DNA from: Gnetum montanum
Lineage: Eukaryota > Plantae > Gnetophyta
Direction: 5' to 3'
DNA: 64,000 bases
Assembly (NCBI GenBank): GCA_015680685.1
Contig: MNCI01002454.1
Location: 37,612 to 101,611, forward strand
In this document: positions 25,289-38,000 of the stretch, one piece after another
Layout: each line of letters starts with the position of its first letter
How positions within the stretch are numbered: the stretch's first letter is position 1
The notes under the pieces: model-generated
What the model saw: only the letters and a program-made list of their open reading frames with translations
Database searches by the model: none
Told to the model about the DNA's origin: nothing
Position numbers and translations under genes: made by a program

Positions 25289-28200
25289 TTACTTATGCAA
25301 ATACTTCCTAATCTTTAAGAAATTACGAAACATGTATGACCTATTTTGCACTAGTTTGTACTCTCCATTTCCTTCACTAATGATGTTGAAGGGGAGCTCT
25401 TCCCATAGCTTGTCCCATGTCCCATTATTATTATTTTGGGCCTTTTCCCCTCTCTTGGGTTGCTTAACCTCATGGTCAATAGTTTCTTTCTAAAACTCTA
25501 CTTTAGACCCTTTCTTTATATTCACATTGTTAATAGCCAAGGGAATTATGTTATCATGAATGATGATTTCACTTCCCTCATAAGGTAGATGAAACTCTTG
25601 GTGGATTGGTGAGGATACAGCTCATAGTTAAGACAACCAGGGCCTATCCAAGATGAGGTTGAACCTTGGTGTTTCTTTTACCACCAAGAAATTCATAATT
25701 ATGGGGAATTGATGCCTTGCCACAAAGTATAAGGAGATAGACCGCTTAACAATGACCTATCATTCATTAAAAGACTTGAAATTTGATGTTGTAGTATGTT
25801 GTATTTGCTCTATCAAGCCTAAACGTTCAACTATGATGCATGGGATGACATTTTTTGTAGCTCCATCTTCCACATGCACCCGATCCACTTTATGCTACCG
25901 CACCTATATCATGATAAAAAGAGGAGCTTCAATCATCTTGCCATTTTGGGGACTAGGTTTGATATCACCATCACAAGACACTAGTGATGTTGAGTTCTTA
26001 TCCCTTAATGAAGAAGGAACCATTACTGCATGGATGCATTTCTCGTTAGTAGGGATGTCCTCACTAATGGGAATAGAAGTTAACATCTTGACTAGTGCTT
26101 CATATGTGTAGTAGAAGTCATAACTAAGTCATATTGGTAGGAGGTTTTGTTTTTCTATTTGAGAGACTACTTAAATTTCTCCATCGCATTTAGGTAGTTC
26201 TTGTCATTAACCATGGTCTTGTTGCCGTAGTTGTATTTAACTTCCTCAATGCATCCCAAAATGCATACCTCATTTTTTTTTTGTTGTTGCTTCTCCTCTC
26301 TTCCTCTCCCTTGGCTTTTAGTTTTCCATCGTGGTTTGCTTCTTGAAACAACCTAGGTTACAAAGGTCATGGATACTAATGATATGGGAGTGGGATTTGG
26401 TGGGTCCACCTTCTTCTGTACCTTGGCCCTTAGCTTACTTTTCATCCTTGTTATTGGGATTTTTCATAGGCTTCTTCCTCTTCTTAGTTGATGCCTTTTG
26501 GTTGTCATAGTTTATTTGAGAGTAAGAGGTTATAACATTAGCTACCATGGGGGATCATTGTTCAATGGTAGGGGCATGTTGGATTGTGTTGGGTTAGAGA
26601 ACCTTGATAACAAAAGGCTCATTAGGGGTTTTTTGTGATGGTATCCTTACAAGAAAATGGGATCTTGGACTAGTAGAAGCTGAAGAGCATCTTTCATCAT
26701 GAGGGGATATCCAAATCACGAATGGTTCCTTCACAAGCCTCTAATTGTCACCAATGTTGAACATTGATATAATGTATGCACTATTATTAGCATTCAATGA
26801 GTCTTTATACACTTTCATCAATTGGTTCTATGATTAAAAAAGGTTAGAAACATCTAGAATCAACTCTCACCTATCTATCATCTTTTGTTGGTCATCTTTC
26901 AGCAAAAGGTAGAAGTTAGTGTCATGACATGGTAATTGATGATAGTGGCAAAATTGGTCAAGTTTGAAGTACTTAGGTACTTGATGATCATCCTTCATTA
27001 CTCAAGTGGAATCCCTAGTTTTCTCATGTAGCCTTTCATGTTTTTTATGAAAAGCTATAGACATTTGCTTGTACTGGATTCTCCCACTCTTCGATAATTG
27101 ATCTAAGAGTTCAGATGGCTTCAAAGGTAAGCTAGTATATTCTCCTATCCTTCTGCTCAAATTTGGATCTAGATGAAGTATATGCATTGGTCCCAGAGGC
27201 TAATAGCTGGTTATTTTGGTTGTTAGTAGGGGCCTTAGGTGGACTGGCTTTTAATCCTTGGGTAAGTAATTTTGGTCTCTTTGGCTATCATTGCTGCTAC
27301 TACATTATTCTATTTACTCCTTTTCTTGTCCCTTTGCATTTTTTGGTTTTTGTATGCGACATAGGCAAGGTCATGGCTAGCTTCCATAGCATTCTCTACG
27401 TTCTTAGTTTGGGAGAATGCTTGACTGATTAACCATGGGTCAAGGTAATATAGTTTGGACTTCATAAAATTTTTGACCATCCCATTGAATATAGAAAAAA
27501 AGTGGGTTTTGGCTATATATTTTGGTATTTCATTGAGCAAACCATTCCATTATTGGATGAACTTCTACACCAATTCAAGTGATCCCTACTTGACCTTCAT
27601 TAGTTGATCAAGTGTGGTATTGGGCATCAAGTTCTACTTGAAGTAGTTAATGAAATGTAATATGAGGTTTTCTAGAGAAGATATAAATCCTTAGGTAAGG
27701 TGCAATACCAATCAAGTGCTTTCCCTATAAGGGACATAGAAAATATCCTTATGGTTGTGTATGGCCATGACTGCAACAATAAGCACTCAAATCAAAAGGT
27801 TATAAGATGAGCATTGGGATTACCTTTGTCATTGTATTTTTTGAATTGTAGGATGGGAACACCAAGAGGAAGCATTAAGGGTAGGACCACAAGACTGATG
27901 GTATCATCTTGGTAAAAGTCCATGGCTTTACCAATTTGAGATGTAGAGGCCTTAAGCCTCTTCAGCTCCTCTGTTAGGTCCTAGATCATCTAGAAAGCTT
28001 GATGTAGATCCTAGGATGCCCATATCAATCACAAAGTTTGCACAAAATATTATGAAATTTTTTGGAATGCCTATGACCTCGCTATTGATTGTGGTACAGA
28101 GAGGAGAGGTTGTATTATCATGGTGGTCAATGGACCAAATAAAGAGAATGATGTTTATGCTGGTATTTTTGGCACAAAGGGAACAAAGGGGTGTGTGATC

Positions 28201-28730
28201 CTTGGGTTTCTTGGGATACCATGGTGGATCCTACTTGAGTGATTAGAGGGTTGGTGGTGGTGACCACCATTGATGATGATCACACTAACCTAGGCTGGGT
28301 GGCGAATGACAATGAAAAGTGGAATGTCGTAGACTATGGTACTAATTGTGTTTGGTGCATACTTATAACTGGTGTGGGCCTGAACATGGTTGGGTAAGGA
28401 GTAGAGGATGGTATCATTTGTTACATGAAAGAGACAAAGGGAGTGGAGGTAGGCACTATGGCCTTGGGGGTTTCTATTGAAACAATCCACCTAGGATATT
28501 TTCATGTTCAAATTCCACCCTTAACTCATCCTCCTCCTTCACTCAGTGCTCATCTAAGCTAACCTTCTCATCCTTTCCATCCATCTCAATCAACTGAGAT
28601 AGGATGTAGGTGTAGGTGTTAGTAAGGGGTATATGATCATACGGGAAAGGAATATACTTCTTCCTATCTCAATGTATAAGCTCATACTCCCTTTTTTCCT
28701 CTAGTTCCATCCATGGAATTAGCATACCAT
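25289..28730 (-). pseudogene. gag: T2 gag-protease ORF
   Basis: FKKYNDKGNPNAHL (~27800-27845); Tat/Ogre-type knuckle FCHYHQLPCHDT (~26920-26955); protease HKVDRVHVEDGATKNVI (~25845-25895); ends KIRKYLHK*. Confidence 0.85.
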
Positions 28731-29008
28731 CCTAGATTCTAGCACAAATGTAGTTGTAGTGATGTTCATTTATCATTGAGAACTCAAGACTTTGCCTACT
28801 AAGTCATAAGGATTGCCTACACTTGGCTATGGTAGGGTCTTTAGGATCATAGACCCTCATAGCTTGCTGGTGAAACATGTTGTCAGTAAATTTAAAGGGA
28901 AAAATGGTTGATTTTCTAAATAACATGATGAAAAAAGTGCAAGCTCTATTAAGCAGAATTTACAAATGTCTCAAAAAAGGAAAAAATGACTTAAAATGAG
29001 TTACCTAC

Positions 29009-29879
29009 TAATGAGTGGCGAGGTACTCCTATGCCTAACCATATGAACCACTAAGGCATTCATGCACAATCCAGTCCAATTTCATAGATTCCTAGTGTTC
29101 TCATACACAGGATTCAATCTAGAAGGTGAATCTAATCATGGAATGATTGTTGTCTTCCCAACTACACTTGTGAGGCTTAGTTGTATGGTTAAGTGTAATT
29201 GAAGCACATGATTTTTATTATTTCATATTTTGTTCACCTAAGGTTCGTAATAGATTGAGAATAAAATGATTTTCTAATTCAACTAATTTAATTACTAATT
29301 AATAACTAACTATCATAACATAAGCATTTGGTTCCACTTTCTATACACATCCTGAACACATATAACACTATTAGAAGACCAATTGTTAAGCACTACTAGG
29401 ATTACCAAGTGTTATATGTATGCTCAAAGTGGTCATACTTGTGTGTGCTAGTCTATTTAGCTTAATTAATTACTTAAATTCTTAATCATTCTAGCTTAAT
29501 TAATAACTTAATTAATGAGAATAATAAATGCATAAATAAATCATTAAGCTAGTCCAAGTGCTACAAGGTACAACAAAAAGCTCATCTTTATTTCTGCACA
29601 CTATGGTACTCAGGTACAACAATACTTGAATAAAGATCTATACACTCCTTGACTTCTATTGCAAGCACTTAGAGAATTATTCTATCTCTTACGAAACAAA
29701 CTACAAGAAGTTTGCTAGCAACTAAAATTCTAACTCTCCATTAACATGGTAAGGGTGTCATATTTATAGACCTACTAGGGTGCCACATTTATGGGTACAC
29801 ATTAATGTGGGAAATCCTACATCAATGGGATCTCATCAATGCCATCCCATCAATGTAGCCAACCAAAGACACTTCATCA
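29009..29879 (-). repeat. Element A 3' LTR
   Basis: Termini taatga...tcatca; PPT (ttgtggggata on -) at 29880-29890; matches 41252-41968. Confidence 0.92.
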
Positions 29880-30099
29880 TATCCCCACAATTGAATGAAA
29901 ACTCATCCTTAAGTTTTTTACAAAATTGGAAAGGTATGGGATTATTGATTGACATGCAACACAACACAACACAACAAAACTAAGTAACCATGTGTATAAA
30001 TCAACATTCATTATAAAATTATGGTGTTCATGATACAAAACTGAACACTAGAACATGATTGAACAAAATTGGACAACATATCCTCTGATAGCATCAAGA

Positions 30100-32940
30100 T
30101 GGTTGAAAAGATTAGATAGTCCCAGGTGGTGGAGGTTCCTGAGGTTTCAAAGGACCTTATCTTGCTTCGGGCACATGTAGTTGTTGAGGTAGTTGTAGTA
30201 GCCCTATGAAAACTACCACTTCCAATCGAAGGAAAAAGGCATCCAACAATACCTTCATCTTCTCCTCCTTACTTCGGGGATAATTCATAGTTCATGCAAC
30301 ATCAATGTGGACTAGAATGGGTATATCCCATAAATAGGGCATTACTAGAAGCAACTCCTTCACATTGAAAAATAGGCAACAAATTGCTTATGTTCAATAT
30401 TGAATGCCCTAAGTGCATTTTGTAGCTCATCATAGTTGTTCATCCTCTTAGCTAGGTTCTCGAAAGTTGATCTTCGATTAGTAAACTTTGCTTTGAGAAC
30501 CTCGAGTTCTATGGTTGTCACTGCAAGATTTTTCTTGGTGTCCTTATGGTGTTTGAACTCTATCTCATACCACAAGTACTAGCTAGCCACTTATTTCTCT
30601 GATTCATACGGCGGTCCTCCAGTAGTTAGCATAACCAGATTTGCATATCAAAGATTGGTGAGCTCTATGTATTCTATCATCTCTTCAATCTACAAATCCT
30701 TCATCTAGATCTCTACTTTGTTATAGGTTGCCATACCTTTCTTCCTTGCTAAAGTTATTGAAGGGTCTCAGTTAATTTTTCCATGTGTTTTTCACTAACT
30801 TCTTTCTATAGATTGACTTGATCTCTATAGTGATTTTTGACTCTCTCAAATTTAAGAGCCTCTGATTTCTAGGTGGCTACTTTGATTGTAATATTTTGAT
30901 AAAGAGCATGGACCTCCTCCATGGAGAGGTTTCTATTTTCTGTTACCAATCTCCTCAACTCAGTGTTCACTCTAGCTAGATGTTCCTATTATTGATGGAT
31001 GAAATTTTCCATTTTTTGTTTTTGCACATTAACATTTCATAGCCAATGACTCTCTATAATCAATTGTACATTCTCCTGATGGGTCTAATCTAAGGTCTTC
31101 TGAATTTTATGCTAAGTGGCCTCTACCAAAGATTGATAGAACACCATCGTCTCCATCGCACCCTCAACCGCTTTTAGTCTTGTGTAAATTTGTTCAATAG
31201 CTTTATCATTTGTTAGTATTGGGTTAAGGAATGTAGGCTCAGTAATTTGGGCTCTTAGTTTGGAAACCTCCATAACCAAACATTCATTTAGCTCTTTGGC
31301 TATTTTAGGTTGCCCCTCCAAAATGATGTTCTTGTCCTTTGCTTCTAGCAACTCCAACTAGGTTGCAGTTATGTTGTCCAAAAGGTCAAAGATGTCTAGA
31401 ATCGGTTTCCTAGTTCCCACCAATCAATCCAGCAATTATTCATGCTATGCTACACTCAACTTATCACTTACTATTTCTATGAAGATTTGCATATCTTTAA
31501 GTACAAAGACATTTGGTACAAATTCCACAAGTACATTGTGAGTTTTTCCAATTCTATTAGCAACCACCTTCACTATTGTTTCCTATCCCTAATGCTACAT
31601 CACCGAAACTATTACCCCCTTGCCCTCATCCAAGCACATTGAAAAAATAGTGGCATTCCAAAGGATTTTTGGGAATTACTATTGTTTCAAGAGTGATACC
31701 ATTACATCTTGAGTGCTAGGATTTGATCTTGCAGCAAACTACATTCTTTGGATTGAAAAAATTGGTCCACCTCCCTCCATCTTGCTAACTGTTTGAGCCA
31801 CTTCATTTAGGAGACTCATTTCTAGCGAGTACACAAATGGATTGCCACCACTCATTTCTCCTTATTGCTCTTTCTCACTTAAGATCCATTCTTGGAATTT
31901 GCACAATTTTTGAGAAGTTACAACAATATCTGACACCATTTGCTAAGTGGGTGGTGGAGGTGGTGGTTGCTTCTCCTTTATAGGGATGACTTTTTTAGGG
32001 ACTTTATCCTTCATCATCTCTATCTAGTTAGTGAATGGAGCATGTTGAACTTTATTGTTTGTGTAGTGGGTTATTCCTTCCATCTAACATAGTTTTCTAA
32101 TGAGGCATGGAAAGGGAAGTATCTTTCTTTTACATTTGTTCTCCTTGAAGCACTTTTCTATCTCAAGATAGATTAGTTGTGGAATACTAATAGGCAATAT
32201 ACTGCTTAGAGTGGCACACACACAGGTTGAGAAGGTAGTGATCTTGCTTGGCCTCACCATTGGATTAAGGTAAAAGGCTATAATCTTGTAGTATATTCTC
32301 TCTGCCAATGTGACCATGCCGAACTCCCTACAGTTGACACCATAACACCTATATATATATTCATTATTGATGCTAATGTCTATTTTTATTAGAATCTCAA
32401 CAAGATTCACCCTTGTTTTTGGCAATCCAAGTTTCTCTGAAATGGCTTTTATTAAGTAGGACACTAAAATGTCCTTGATCTTGACCATTGAACTAGCATG
32501 CCTAACATCTCTCCTATGTACCACTCCCTCCTTGAAGTGATGATGGGCCACATAGGAGAGGTCTTCAATTGATCTTGTACTTCTTGAGGTGCTTGTTCTA
32601 AGAAAGAGCCAAAATTCAACTCTTAGAGTATCATTTTCTGAACCTCCTTTGATTTTATTTGCTTTAGGAAAGCTTTTGTCAAGGTCACCTCAAGGTTTTC
32701 TTGTGGAGCTAGTGCCTTATCCTCATGGAATTGCTCTATCACTTCTGCTTGCTCTAGAATTTGATGGATAGATTCCACTTCAAGCTCCTCCCTAAGAGGT
32801 CCCATAGCATGGGTTGTTGCTTATTTTTCTTAGGCCTATTCTTAGCCCCTTTCCATTCATGGTTTTTTGCCCAATGGTTGTGATGGTCCTCCTTCTTGTG
32901 TGTGCTTTTACTTTGGTGCAATCTATGATTACAACACATC
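30100..32940 (-). pseudogene. Element A ORF2 (Athila env-like / Transposase_32-like domain + long coiled coil)
   Basis: YYKIIAFYLNPMVRPSK...LIYLEIEKCF...LPFPCLIRKLC (ORF 32084-32551); heptad-rich ORFs 31112-31357 and 30360-30575; homologous to 48670-51050. Confidence 0.7.
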
Positions 32941-35049
32941 CAAGGATTAGTATATATAATGTGTAACTTATAATGTTTTACTACATCATCTCATTAGCTA
33001 ATTACACTTAGGCTAATGTTGGACCATGCTAGATTGGTTATTTTATTATTATTTTATTAATTTTTAAGTTCAAAGTGTTATCGGAGCTAGTTGGAAAGGT
33101 TTAACTTTTGTAATTTAATGTTTTCATGTTGGCTTCGTTGTTAAACATTTGTGGGAGTTACAAACATTTGGAAATATTTTCTATCAAAAACTTTAGGTTT
33201 GTGGCCCCCACAACTAAGAGCTTACCGTGGATAGCTATAGGGTTGAAGAACAAAGTAATTTAGATAAACAATTAGGAAGATATGGCTTTTGGAAGGTTTT
33301 GGGCTCTAAAAATTGTAAAAAATATTCTAACATTTGAAAGGAAATGTAAAAAATTCAAAGTGTTAGCACGTATATATATACTATTTTTATGCTACATCAA
33401 CGGGGTCCCGTATATGGGGTCTTGTATATGTAGGGGGTCTATCAACGGGTACTTATTTATGAAGGATGTACACAAAATTTTTTAGTTTGAATTTCTCAAA
33501 AAAATACATGGAGTTTTTTGATGAAGTGGGATCCATGAAATCCCAAAAAATCCAAGAATTTAAGGTAATCATTGAAGAGGATCTTTGAAAGCTTAAAAAT
33601 TGAAAAATTGGATAGAGAATATGTTCAATGAAGAAATTTCCTTAAGGAGCACAAAGTTGGATGCATTGGATGGGGTGCACAAAGGTTTGGATTGTGGAAA
33701 TGTCTAAGGATGAGGTACTTAACTAATCCAACCAAGAGATATGCAAGTGGATCCTCCCCATACTAGGCACATGCCCTTCTTGCCTTTGCATAACGTCAAC
33801 CTAAGGAGTCTGTGGGCCCCATAGGTGATTATTGATTATGAAAGTTAAGGACCAAAACTTGAAAGAATCTACGTAAGAATTTAGGCATGTCAAACCAAGA
33901 CATCAAAAAAGAACATAGACACTGGTAGTGAGGTGAGTCATGGAAAGCATAGATGGATAAAAGAGAAAGTAGAATGAAGTTGCCGATGAAGTCCCTTGTG
34001 AAGATTGTGGTTAAATGATCTGATAAAATCCATCCTTAGTCTAGAACAAAACCAATCACGTTTAATGACTTCACATCGTTACTTTAAGACTAGTCCATCC
34101 CCTTGAGACACAAGAGAACTCCCACATAACAACACCATTCCTTATAGAGAAGAAAAGAAAATTTGAAAGTGAGAAACAACCTTCGTTAGAGGGGATCTTC
34201 ATGCATGGGTAACATGTCTTTCTAATCTCATAACTAGTGCTTATAGCCCATTATTCTATCAAAGGGGTGTGCTTTGAACTCCCATCATAATCATTTTTTT
34301 TTGTTATTTTTATTTATTTTTTGGATAGAAACCACACCATGCAAAGACTTATTTAACTTCCTATTATTGGTCCACATGAAATGGTAAGAAACCCATGAAA
34401 ACACTCATGCACTCAAGTAAGTAGAAGGGTACAGAGAGTATTGAGTCCCCTTGAAGTCACACCCTATTCAAACTGTTGAATCCTTTACATGTCTAAAAAC
34501 TACCAAGGTCACACTTTTGTTTAAATTTTTACTTAATTAAAAGGCACCTCATACTTCCAACACAAGGAAAACCATAGATTTTGTTGATGGGTGGATGTCA
34601 TGGACTCACTACTTATTCCATAAAAAAGAAACTATGTCTTAGTTATTGGTACCAAACTTCAAAAATAGAAACTAGACATTAGCAATAAAAAACCATCATT
34701 AATAATAACTATAGAAACCTTGTGTTTTATTTGCACAAAGCACTTTATTAAAAGAAATTTAGAAAATCATACCCAAAATAAAGGAATTATACAAAAAAAT
34801 TGTAAAATATTCAAGAAAAATAAAATGTACCAATGATGATGTATAACAAAAAAATAGTGTAAAATAGGAAAAAATTATAAAATAAAAAGGTGTAAAATAA
34901 ACAAAGTGTAAACCAAAAATGTGTAAAACAAAATAAAAAAATTAGAAAAACTGAGAGGTCACATAAATGATTAGCATGGATGGCCATCTCCCTCATAGCT
35001 GAGTTGGAAGGAGAAGATCCAAAGGATTGAGCAAGGTCCTCTATTTGAT

Positions 35050-38000
35050 GAGGTATTTATTACACTAGCTTGCTTAGGCTTGTGGAAAGGTTTTATTTGT
35101 TGAATGTTGGCCAGTTGTTTCTTATTGGGTTTTAAGGTTTGTAGATTATCATGGCCCCAAAAGAAAAGGTTTCATCAATTATATAAGGCACCTCCCATAA
35201 TGTTTGAAATTTTTTTCATTATGAAACATGTGTGGGGTTTTAGTAGAGGACCTTATCTCTAGGTTGAATGTTAAATTTCCTTATTCTTAGGTCATTTTGT
35301 TGCTTAGTAAATGCCTTGTGCACTTCATTCAAGGACAAAACCACTAATTGATTTTCATGTAGCTTGTTAAGTTTAATCAATCTTTATTTTTGTGCTTAGC
35401 TAAGGTAAAAATATAAGTCACAAGTTGTTGAAAGTTTATGGAGCTTAGATTGAATAGGAAGTATTGGTAGTTTCCTGTACACTAGCTCATAGGAAGTGTA
35501 GCTTATAGGAAGTTTCCATGTTGAGTGGTAGGCCTAGAGGGAATCATTGAGTTTTTTGCTCCAATCTCTCCTATATTTACTAACATTTCTCATTAAGATA
35601 TTTGTAATCTCCCTATCAATAACCTCTACTTGACCATTTCTTTGGAGGTGGTAGGGTATTGTTAATTTATGTTCAACATCCAACTGTTGGATGAGCTTAC
35701 GAAAAGTGGTGCCTATGTAATGGGTTTCACTATAAAAAATCAGTGCACATGGCACCCCCAAACCTATTTATAATGTGTTGGTAAAAAAAATAAGCAATAG
35801 TGGATGATGTATAGTTGATGAAAACTACTAATTCTACCCATTTAGTATAGTAGTCAATAGCAATGATAATATATGCCTTTTCATTAAACATGCATATGAT
35901 GGAATCCATGATATCTATGCCCCATATGTTGAAGGGTTCTTATGGTTGGATCCACTATTGAGGTTCCTCCATTCGCATGGTCATCCCACCATCTTATTAA
36001 TAGTGTTCACAAGATTGGATAAATTAGTGTGTATTCCTAAAAATTGTTGACCAATAGTACCCTTCCATTAGGATTCTAATGATCGTGCATCTTCTTGCAT
36101 AGTGGCCTCTACAAGGACCCTCATGAGCATTTTGTAGAACACATAGATGATCAATATCAGGGACACACCAATGAACCAAGCCATTAGTGCACACCTTGTA
36201 AATGTGTCTATTGATTTCCATGAAGTGCTTGGCTTAATGAAAAAATTATTGTTTCTTCCTATGGTGCAGATCTTGTGGCATCTCCTGAGTGAGAAGATAA
36301 GTGAGGATGCCATCATACCATTTTTTTTCTATGGGCATTTGGTCATTAATTGCTTTGGCAAAAAGGAGTTCATCAAGAAATTAATTAAAGAGTGGGCTCT
36401 CCTCTTTATTATGTCATCTTAACTTTGAGAGATGATCAGTGACCACATTCTTAGTCTCCTTTTGATCTACTATTGCAAGATTGAATTCCTATAAGACCAC
36501 CAACCACCATATGACATGGGGACTCACCATGGGCTTGTTCATCGAAAAGCAAATGGCATTTTCTTTAGTGTGTATAAGCACTTTGTACCTAAGCACATAG
36601 TGCCTAAACTTTTTCAAAGCATACACTAATGTCATTAGCTCTTTCTCTGTTGTGGTGTAATTGAGTTGTGCATCCACAATACTTTGGCTTACATAGTGGA
36701 TGTAATATGGATGTTTTTGATTATCCAACGACATTAGCATGGCTTCCAAGACATAGTTTAATGCATCCATCATAATATGAAATGATTTGGACTAGTTTGG
36801 TGCTTATAGAATTGGAGTTTCTATGAGTTTCCTCTTTAGCTATTGGAATGCATTTTCACATTCCTTAGTCCAAAAAAGTGAAGCATCTTTTTTTGTTAGC
36901 TCAACCAATAGATTTATGATCTTAGAGAAATTCTCTATAAATTTCAGTAATAACCAATGTATCCAAGAAATAACTAGATATCTTTAACTATTTTTGGTTA
37001 ATGGATTATTCCTTAGATGACCCTTATCTTTTTAAGGTCTAACTCAATCCTTGCTTGTGATATTTTGTGCCCCAAGACTATGCCCTCTTAGACCATTAGA
37101 TGTCTCTTTTGCCAATTGAGCCATAGGTTTTTCTCCACACATCTTTTAAATACTTACTCAAGGTAGTCCAAGGCTTGCTCAAATGTAGCACCATAAGTGG
37201 CAAAATCATCCATGAAGACTTCCACCCTACTACCAATTTGTTTCTGAAAAATGCTCAAGACCAAGCATTAGAATGTGGTAGGAGCATTGCATAAACTAAA
37301 AGGCATCTTCCAATATGTGAAAGTTCCCTAGGGACTCATGAATGTAGTTCTGGTTTGATCCTCTAGTGCAATCTAAATTTGGTTATAGTCACTCTAATCA
37401 TCTAGAAAGCTATAATAACAATGTCTAGAAATGGTGTCCAATACTTGATTGACAAATGACAACGAAAAATGATCTTTTAATGTTGCCATGTTCAATAGCC
37501 TAAAATCAATACAAACCTACCTCTTGTTATATTTCTTTAGCACAAACATGAGTATGTTGACCCACTCACTATCCACAACAAGATACATGAACTCCACCTT
37601 GAGAAGTTGTTCTATATCCTCTTTGACTATTTTCTTTCATTTATGGTTCAATCACCATGGTGGTTGCTTCCTTGGCTTCATGGCCAAATTGGTAGAGATA
37701 TGGTGCTAGCATATTCATGGATCAATCCCACTGAATTCAAGATATAACCAAGAAAATGTTGTTGGCTATCTATTAATCACTTTTAATAGTTTCTCTTTTT
37801 TTTAGGAGATATTTTAGTATTAATTATAACTAGCTTTTCATTTTTTTAGAAATTCATATTCCAAGCTAGTAGTTAGAGTTTTTAACTCTAGGGGGATCTT
37901 ATGTAAAATTTTCATGGACTTCCAACTCTCCCAATAGGTATCATAATTTTTTTCATCAAACAGTTTGTGATGAACATGCTCTAGTTCATCCATGCTTGCA

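Noticed and set aside
34811-34996. Hydrophobic ORFs (also 59279-59518) as membrane/env proteins
   Set aside because: T-rich 3' UTR sequence of Athila-like elements producing F/L/I-rich translations
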